A DNA stretch of 45,784 nucleotides from Terracidiphilus sp. (lineage in GTDB: Bacteria > Acidobacteriota > Terriglobia > Terriglobales > Acidobacteriaceae): contig JBEKPA010000001.1 of NCBI GenBank assembly GCA_049521195.1, positions 1 through 45,784 on the forward strand, given 5' to 3'. Below the pieces are notes generated by a model. That model worked only from the letters and a program-made list of their open reading frames with translations, had not been told where the DNA came from and ran no database searches. Of the stretch, positions 40,038 to 45,784 are shown piece after piece. Within the stretch, counting starts at the first letter, position 1; each line of letters begins with the position of its first letter. The translations under genes and the position numbers were made by a program.

Positions 40038-41399
40038 TTGAGCGGCGAAGAAGAAACAATCCGCGCGGAGACGTCCGAACTCACCGGTGCCGCGGAACCG
40101 CGCGTCTTCAGCGGCTCTTCTCATGCGTGGCGCGCGCTGCGCCATCGCAACTTCCGGCTCTTCTTTGGCGGGCAGAGCATTTCGCTCATCGGCACCTGGA
40201 TGACGCGCGTAGCCACCAGCTGGCTGGTCTACCGGCTCACCGGATCGGCGCTGCTGCTGGGCACGGTCAGCTTTGCGGGGCAGATTCCCACGTTCCTGTT
40301 TGCTCCCTTCGCCGGGGTGCTGGTGGACCGGCTGGACCGCCGGCAAGTGCTGGTGTGGACGCAGGCGCTCTCCATGGTGCAGTCGCTGGCGCTGGCCGCC
40401 CTCACGCTGTCGCACCACATCACCATTCACTGGATCCTTGTGCTCAGCGTGATGCAGGGCATTATCAACGCCTTCGATATGCCCGGCCGCCAGGCCTTCA
40501 TGGTGAAGATGGTCGAAGACCGCAACGATCTATCCAACGCCATCGCCATCAACTCGTCCATGGTGAACATGGCGCGGCTCGTGGGCCCGTCGCTGGCCGG
40601 AATGCTGATCGCGGTCAGCAGCGAGGGCTGGTGCTTTCTCATCGACGGCATCAGTTACCTGGCAGTTATCGCGTCGCTGCTGATGATGCGCCTTCATGCG
40701 CCGGTGGTGAAGCGCGCGGCCACCTCGACCCTGACCGAGTTGAAGGCCGGCTGGACTTATGTCTCGGAATTTCTGCCCGTGCGGACGATTCTGCTTTTGT
40801 TTGCCGTTGTCAGCCTGATGGGGATGCCGTTCGTGGTGCTCATGCCCATCTTCGCGGCCAGGGTGCTGCACGGCGGCCCGCACACGCTGGGCTTCCTGAT
40901 GGGCGCGATGGGCGTGGGCGCGCTGGTGTCGGCGCTGGCGCTGGCGGCGCGCAGGAGCGTGCGGGGATTAGTCAAGATGATTCCCATGGCCGCAGCAGTC
41001 TTTGGCCTGGGGCTGATCGGCTTCGGATTGTCGCGCTGGTTCTGGCTCTCCATGGTCATGGTCTTCGTGGCGGGCGCGGGGATGATGCAGGGCATGGCGG
41101 GCAGCAACACCGTTATCCAGACCATCGTCAGCGAAGACAAGCGCGGGCGGGTGATGAGTTACTATACGATGGCTTTTGTGGGCATGGCTCCTTTCGGCAG
41201 CCTGCTGGCGGGAGCCCTGGCTCAGGCAATCGGCGCTCCGTGGACGGTGATCCTGAACGGATCAGCGGTCCTGCTGGGCGCGGCATGGTTCGCGACGCGC
41301 TTGCCGGCGGTGCGGCGCGGGATACGGCCTATTTACCAGGAGATGGGCATTATTCCGGTAGAGGGTTTGCAACTGGCGGAGGAGGAGATACAGCAATGA
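40038..41399 (+). CDS. MFS transporter
   Basis: ALRHRNFRLFF, GVLVDRLDRR motif A, about 12 TM; TTG start uncertain. Confidence 0.9.
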   Translation: MSGEEETIRAETSELTGAAEPRVFSGSSHAWRALRHRNFRLFFGGQSISLIGTWMTRVATSWLVYRLTGSALLLGTVSFAGQIPTFLFAPFAGVLVDRLDRRQVLVWTQALSMVQSLALAALTLSHHITIHWILVLSVMQGIINAFDMPGRQAFMVKMVEDRNDLSNAIAINSSMVNMARLVGPSLAGMLIAVSSEGWCFLIDGISYLAVIASLLMMRLHAPVVKRAATSTLTELKAGWTYVSEFLPVRTILLLFAVVSLMGMPFVVLMPIFAARVLHGGPHTLGFLMGAMGVGALVSALALAARRSVRGLVKMIPMAAAVFGLGLIGFGLSRWFWLSMVMVFVAGAGMMQGMAGSNTVIQTIVSEDKRGRVMSYYTMAFVGMAPFGSLLAGALAQAIGAPWTVILNGSAVLLGAAWFATRLPAVRRGIRPIYQEMGIIPVEGLQLAEEEIQQ

Positions 41400-41992
41400 G
41401 CGATACGACACTCGACTTCAAGCTCGATGCGGGGCGCACCGCCATCGTGGTCATCGACCTGCAAAAGGGCATCGCGGGAATGCCCGGCGGCGCGCCTCAT
41501 TCGAAGCCCGTCGTGATTGCCAACACTGTGCGCCTGCTCACCGCTGCGCGGCAGGCCGGAGCGCAGCCCGTTCTGGTGCATGTGGGCGGCTCAGCGGATG
41601 GAGCGGACAGGCTGCATCCAACCGCCGATCAGCAGATGCGGTTCACGGGAACTCCGCCGCTGGATTGGAGCGAACTGATTCCCGAACTCGACCGCCAGCC
41701 CGGCGATATTGTGATTCTGAAGCGCCAGTGGGGCGCTTTTTACGGCACCGACCTCGACCTGCAACTGCGCCGACGCGGCCTGACGACTGTGGTTCTATGC
41801 GGCATCGCCACCGAATTCGGCGTGGAAAGCACGGCGCGCGACGCCTATGAGCGCGGCTACGAACTGATCTTTGCCTCCGACGCCATGACCGGCATGGCCG
41901 CGGAGAGCCACGCCAACGCGATCGAGCGCATCTTTCCGCGCATGGGGCGCGTGCGCACGACGGAGCAGATCGTGGCCGCCCTGGAGAGTTGA
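41396..41992 (+). CDS. isochorismatase-family hydrolase (YecD-like)
   Basis: VVIDLQKGI, KRQWGAFYGTDLDLQLRRRG, GIATEFGVESTARDA; ATGA overlap with the MFS gene. Confidence 0.9.
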   Translation: MSDTTLDFKLDAGRTAIVVIDLQKGIAGMPGGAPHSKPVVIANTVRLLTAARQAGAQPVLVHVGGSADGADRLHPTADQQMRFTGTPPLDWSELIPELDRQPGDIVILKRQWGAFYGTDLDLQLRRRGLTTVVLCGIATEFGVESTARDAYERGYELIFASDAMTGMAAESHANAIERIFPRMGRVRTTEQIVAALES

Positions 41993-42044
41993 CGGCGCGG
42001 CGCGGTTCCTGTCGCAGAGTCGCATCCCCCGCTACAATGGATGA

Positions 42045-43580
42045 GTGAGCGGATCATCCCCACCCACGGCCCCTTCCGTGGGCTTCGTTTCTCTGGGCTG
42101 CCCCAAGAACCTCGTTGACTCCGAGGTCATGATGGGGCTGCTCGATCGCGCCGGCGCGCGCCTGACCGCTCGTCCCGAAGAAGCAGAAATCCTCATCGTC
42201 AACACGTGCAGCTTCATCGACACCGCCAAGCAGGAGTCGGTGGATACCATCCTGGAAATGGCGCGCTACAAGGCCTCCGGCTCGGCCAAGCGGCTGATCG
42301 TTGCCGGCTGCCTGGTGGAGCGCTACCGCGACGAGATCCGGAAGAGCATCCCGGAGGTGGACGCCGTGGTCGGCACCGGCGAACTGGAATCCATCCTCGA
42401 AGCCGCAGGCTTGGCGCGGCCGCGAGCCGCCGCGGCTCCATCTCCGTTCAACATTCTCAGCGGCGGCAGCCAAGCCGAAAGCCGCCCCGGCCAGGAATCG
42501 CGCGCCGGAACGCATACGCCGGAATCCAGAGCTTCAAGGCCCGAAGGACGCCTGCGCGAGCAGCAGGGCCGCTTCCGCCGCGACGATTGGCAGGGCGCAA
42601 CGCATCTGCTGCCCACGTATCTTTACGACGAATCCACGCCCCGCTTTCTAACTACGCCTAGGTCCTCGGCCTACATCAAGATTGCCGAGGGCTGCGACCA
42701 CCCCTGCAGCTTCTGCGTCATTCCCAACCTGCGCGGCAAGTTCCGCTCGCGGCGTTTCGAATCGGTGGTCGCCGAGGCCCGGCAGTTGGTCGCCCGCGGC
42801 GTGCGGGAGATTACCCTCATCGGCCAGGACACGACCTGCTACGGCGAAGACCTGGGTATCAAGGACGGCCTCGCCACGCTGCTCGACTCGCTGGCACGCA
42901 TTGAAGGCCTGCGCTGGCTGCGCTTCCTCTACGCCTATCCCAACCGCATCACCGGCCGGCTGCTGGAGACTATCGCGCGCCACGACAACATCTGCAAGTA
43001 CCTCGACGTGCCTCTCCAGCACGCCTCGCCCGCCGTGCTCAAGCGCATGAGACGTGGCGCCGGCGCCGATATCTTCCTCAAGACTCTTGAGAAGGTCCGC
43101 GCCGCCGTCCCCGGCATCGCTCTGCGCACCACGTTCATCGTCGGCTTCCCCGGCGAATCCTCCTCGGACTTTGAAATCTTGGAGGAGTTTGTCGGCCAAG
43201 CAAAGTTCGACTGGCTGGGCGTCTTCGGCTACTCCGATGAGGAAGGCTCGGGCGCGTTTTCGCTCGACGGCAAGGTTCCCAGGCGCGCGATCGAAGCCCG
43301 CAAGCGCCGCCTGATGAAGCTCCAGCAATCTATCAGCAAGCGCGCCAAGCAGCAGTGGGTGGGCCGCGAGTTAGTGCTGCTGGCCGAAGGCGAAAGCGAA
43401 GAGACCCCGCTTCTGTGGGAGGGCCGAACGCAGTTCCACGCTCCCGAGATCGACGGAAAGGTCTACATCAACGACTGCGGCGAGTTAGCCGCTCTCGAAC
43501 CCGGCCGCTTCTACAAAGCCCAGATCACCGAAGCCCACGAGTATGACGTTGTGGCACGCATCGCCTCGGGACCGCTGTAA
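42045..43580 (+). CDS. rimO: ribosomal protein S12 methylthiotransferase
   Basis: SLGCPKNLVDSE, NTCSFI, CDHPCSFC radical SAM motif, APEIDG TRAM domain. Confidence 0.95.
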   Translation: MSGSSPPTAPSVGFVSLGCPKNLVDSEVMMGLLDRAGARLTARPEEAEILIVNTCSFIDTAKQESVDTILEMARYKASGSAKRLIVAGCLVERYRDEIRKSIPEVDAVVGTGELESILEAAGLARPRAAAAPSPFNILSGGSQAESRPGQESRAGTHTPESRASRPEGRLREQQGRFRRDDWQGATHLLPTYLYDESTPRFLTTPRSSAYIKIAEGCDHPCSFCVIPNLRGKFRSRRFESVVAEARQLVARGVREITLIGQDTTCYGEDLGIKDGLATLLDSLARIEGLRWLRFLYAYPNRITGRLLETIARHDNICKYLDVPLQHASPAVLKRMRRGAGADIFLKTLEKVRAAVPGIALRTTFIVGFPGESSSDFEILEEFVGQAKFDWLGVFGYSDEEGSGAFSLDGKVPRRAIEARKRRLMKLQQSISKRAKQQWVGRELVLLAEGESEETPLLWEGRTQFHAPEIDGKVYINDCGELAALEPGRFYKAQITEAHEYDVVARIASGPL

Positions 43581-43606
43581 GCCAATATCGCGTTATAATC
43601 GGATGC

Positions 43607-43885
43607 ATGGAGACGATCCACATTCCAGAGGCCGAAGCGACGAGCAACTTCGCCGCGGTTTTGGTGCATGTCCGTGCGGGCTCCGAGGTCGTCATCGAGA
43701 GTGGCGCGCATGCTGTTGCGGTCATTCGCCCGCCAGTCAATCGGCCAGGACTGCTGCTCTCGGAAATACTTGCGCGTGCCGCTGCGCGCGACTCGACAGT
43801 TACCCTCGATGGAGACTTTGCCCGCGATCTTGAAGACGCGGTCAACAGCCATCCAGAGGCGATGAGTCCGCCTGAATGGGACTGA
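43607..43885 (+). CDS. antitoxin (Phd/YefM-like)
   Basis: EATSNFAAVLVHVRAGSEVVI pattern; overlaps the PIN gene; TATAAT 7 nt before ATG. Confidence 0.75.
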   Translation: METIHIPEAEATSNFAAVLVHVRAGSEVVIESGAHAVAVIRPPVNRPGLLLSEILARAAARDSTVTLDGDFARDLEDAVNSHPEAMSPPEWD

Positions 43886-44289
43886 TCCTCGATTCGAGCA
43901 TCGTCATCGCCGCCGAGCGTCGCGGTGACACGCCATTTCAGCTTCTTCGCCAAATCGCATCCGCTGCGGGAGATCAGCAGGTGGCGATTTCTTCCGTTGC
44001 CCTCACTGAGATCGTGCACGCTGTTTATCGGGCATCGACTCCAGAGGTGCGCAGGCGCCGTGAAGCGTTCATTCAGTCTTTTTTGGCCGATGTGGAAGTA
44101 GTGCCCTACGCAAGATCCACAGCATTCCTTGCGGGCAGGCTGGATGGAGAGCAACGCGCCCTCGGCGTAACCGTTCCCTCGATGGACCTGCTCATCGGAG
44201 CCACGGCAATCGATATCGGGTACTCGCTTGTCACCGTCAATCTCCGCCACTTCCAACTTATCCCCGGGCTCGCCATCGTTACTCTGTAG
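43876..44289 (+). CDS. PIN-domain VapC-like toxin
   Basis: LILDSSIVI, ALTE, MDLLIGATA, VTVNLRHF. Confidence 0.9.
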   Translation: MGLILDSSIVIAAERRGDTPFQLLRQIASAAGDQQVAISSVALTEIVHAVYRASTPEVRRRREAFIQSFLADVEVVPYARSTAFLAGRLDGEQRALGVTVPSMDLLIGATAIDIGYSLVTVNLRHFQLIPGLAIVTL

Positions 44290-44545
44290 GGAACGGGCTG
44301 CGATTCCCCTTGAGGCCCAGTTATGGAGGGAACGCCCTTCATTGCCGCCCGGGCCGAGTCGCGAGCTAAGGAAGCTCGCACCGCCGAGCTCAACTTCGGC
44401 ATGGCGTTTGGACTCCGCACGAGCGCACTGCTCCAGATCCTTTCCGCCAATCCCCATTTCCGCACGGGTTCGCCCGTATGGGCCAGCGGAGTAGCGGTCC
44501 TGGTGAGAGAATCGTAGAGAGTAGTCGCGCCAGATCATTCATTCC

Positions 44546-44776
44546 ATGCCTGCAAAGAAGAAATCCGCCAAGCTTCTCCGCTGCCCCACCTGCGGCATGC
44601 TGGTTCGCTTCAACGACGAAGACTTCCCCTTCTGCAGCGACCGCTGCCGCAAGATCGATCTCGGCAAGTGGGCCATGGGAGTCTACAAGATCAGCTCTCC
44701 CGTCCTCGATCCCGAAGTCCTCGAAGACCTCGGCGGCCTGGGCGGCAGCCGCGGCGGAGACTCCCGTGACGACTAG
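44546..44776 (+). CDS. yacG: DNA gyrase inhibitor YacG
   Basis: CPTCG...FPFCSDRCRKIDLGKW. Confidence 0.9.
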   Translation: MPAKKKSAKLLRCPTCGMLVRFNDEDFPFCSDRCRKIDLGKWAMGVYKISSPVLDPEVLEDLGGLGGSRGGDSRDD

Positions 44777-45284
44777 CCACCAGGGCAATATCTGCCAGCC
44801 TCCGCCCGTCCGCAGAACCCTCTGGGCCTGGACGGTGGCGACTTTCTTCGGCGCGGGCTTCGGTAAGCCCGGCCCCGGCACCTGGGGATCGGTGGCAGCG
44901 GTACTGCTCTGGGCCGGCTACGCCTGGGCCTTCCATCCCGCGCCGCACTCGCTGCTCACCGCTCTCCTCATCGGCATCGCTCTCAGCCTCATCCTCGGCG
45001 TGCCCGCCGCCACCATTGCCGCGCGCGAATCCGGCCGCCACGATCCCGGCTTCGTGGTCATCGACGAGGTTATCGGGCAGTGGATCGCGCTTCTCTTCAG
45101 TCCCGCCGACTGGCGCCACGCCCTGATTGCCCTGCTCCTCTTCCGGCTCTTCGATATCACCAAGCCTTTTCCCGCGCGCCAGCTTGAGAGCCTTCCCGAA
45201 GGCTGGGGCATCGTCTTCGACGATGTGGCCGCGGGGCTGTATGCTTTGGGTGTAGCATCCTTGTTGCGCATCTGGATTCACTGA
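44766..45284 (+). CDS. pgpA: phosphatidylglycerophosphatase A
   Basis: PGPGTWGS, DPGFVVIDEVIG, FRLFDITKP, GIVFDDVAAG. Confidence 0.92.
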   Translation: MTTSHQGNICQPPPVRRTLWAWTVATFFGAGFGKPGPGTWGSVAAVLLWAGYAWAFHPAPHSLLTALLIGIALSLILGVPAATIAARESGRHDPGFVVIDEVIGQWIALLFSPADWRHALIALLLFRLFDITKPFPARQLESLPEGWGIVFDDVAAGLYALGVASLLRIWIH

Positions 45285-45317
45285 GCCGGCATCGCCGGTC
45301 CGCGGTTTCCAAAATGA

Positions 45318-45368
45318 TGTCATCGTGAGCAAAGTCCGCCGCGGCGGACGAAGTCGAAGGACCTGCGG
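45318..45368. repeat. REP-like element (TGTCATCCTGAGC family)
   Basis: Near reverse-complement copy of 15343..15393. Confidence 0.8.
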
Positions 45369-45414
45369 TCGCCTTTTACTTTCCCCCGCCAACGGAATCA
45401 AGCCGGAAGAGTAA

Positions 45415-45784
45415 ATGCCCCACGCCCACGCCCAATCCGTCCCGGAGATTCTCCCCGAGCCGCGCATCGACGACGTTCTGCCCGCCGCCGCTCTGCCGCT
45501 CGGAGAAGTCGAACTGATGGGCGCGCATCTCGGCCCCCTCGGCAACGGGCAGCCCACAGTCTTGCCCTCCGTGCTGGTCGACGGCCATCCCGCCCACCTG
45601 CTGATGAGCCGGCCAACGCGGCTGGCGCTCCGCGTTCCCGAGCAGGCATCCACCGGCCTTATTGAGGTTCGCAACCCCTTTGGCGCCAGCAACCCCGCGC
45701 CTCTTCGCGTGGCCCGCCAGCTCTGTGAAGGTCTCCATCCCGTTACCAGCCCCGCCGTCAGCCGCACCGGCATGATCTACGCCA
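45415..45784 (+). CDS. partial CDS, IPT/TIG-like N-terminus probably followed by a beta-propeller
   Basis: Open to the window end: MPHAHAQSVPEILPEPRIDDVLP...LALRVPEQASTGLIEVRN... Confidence 0.65.
   Translation, partial: MPHAHAQSVPEILPEPRIDDVLPAAALPLGEVELMGAHLGPLGNGQPTVLPSVLVDGHPAHLLMSRPTRLALRVPEQASTGLIEVRNPFGASNPAPLRVARQLCEGLHPVTSPAVSRTGMIYA

Noticed and set aside
40127-41395. N-terminal extension making a 621-aa hydrolase ORF
   Set aside because: Off-frame overlap with the MFS gene; the real start is ATG 41396 after GGAGGAG

Overview
GC-rich bacterial chromosomal window, most likely Acidobacteriota (Terriglobia-like; inferred from gene content and repeat families). It holds about 40 mostly housekeeping CDSs: tdk, an S1/RpsA-like protein, a secreted beta-propeller phosphoesterase, a pdaD-aguB-aguA putrescine pathway, tadA, purB, ubiX, metY-metX, a PiT transporter, an ECF sigma/LytTR cluster, RsbW/RsbV-like genes, lemA, oligopeptidase B, rimO, a PIN toxin-antitoxin pair, yacG and pgpA. 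No tRNA, rRNA or CRISPR array was found. The main finding is an unannotated, apparently leaderless 32-codon ORF (15084..15182, MPNSRKHGIAVMAMCMCMACGPLRAALETRMR) upstream of metY-metX. It carries an alternating Met/Cys codon run and is followed by mutually exclusive antiterminator and terminator hairpins, which makes it a candidate Met/Cys-sensing ribosome-mediated attenuator in place of a SAM riboswitch. Other observations: two REP-type palindromes inserted in frame in oligopeptidase B, REP-carrying MITE-like units, a -10-box-then-start-codon (leaderless) layout at many genes, an IS66 relic beside a lower-GC 1383-aa membrane protein, and a Pho-box-like repeat before a PiT with an extra hydrophobic insert. 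All calls were made by eye; no database searches or folding programs were run.
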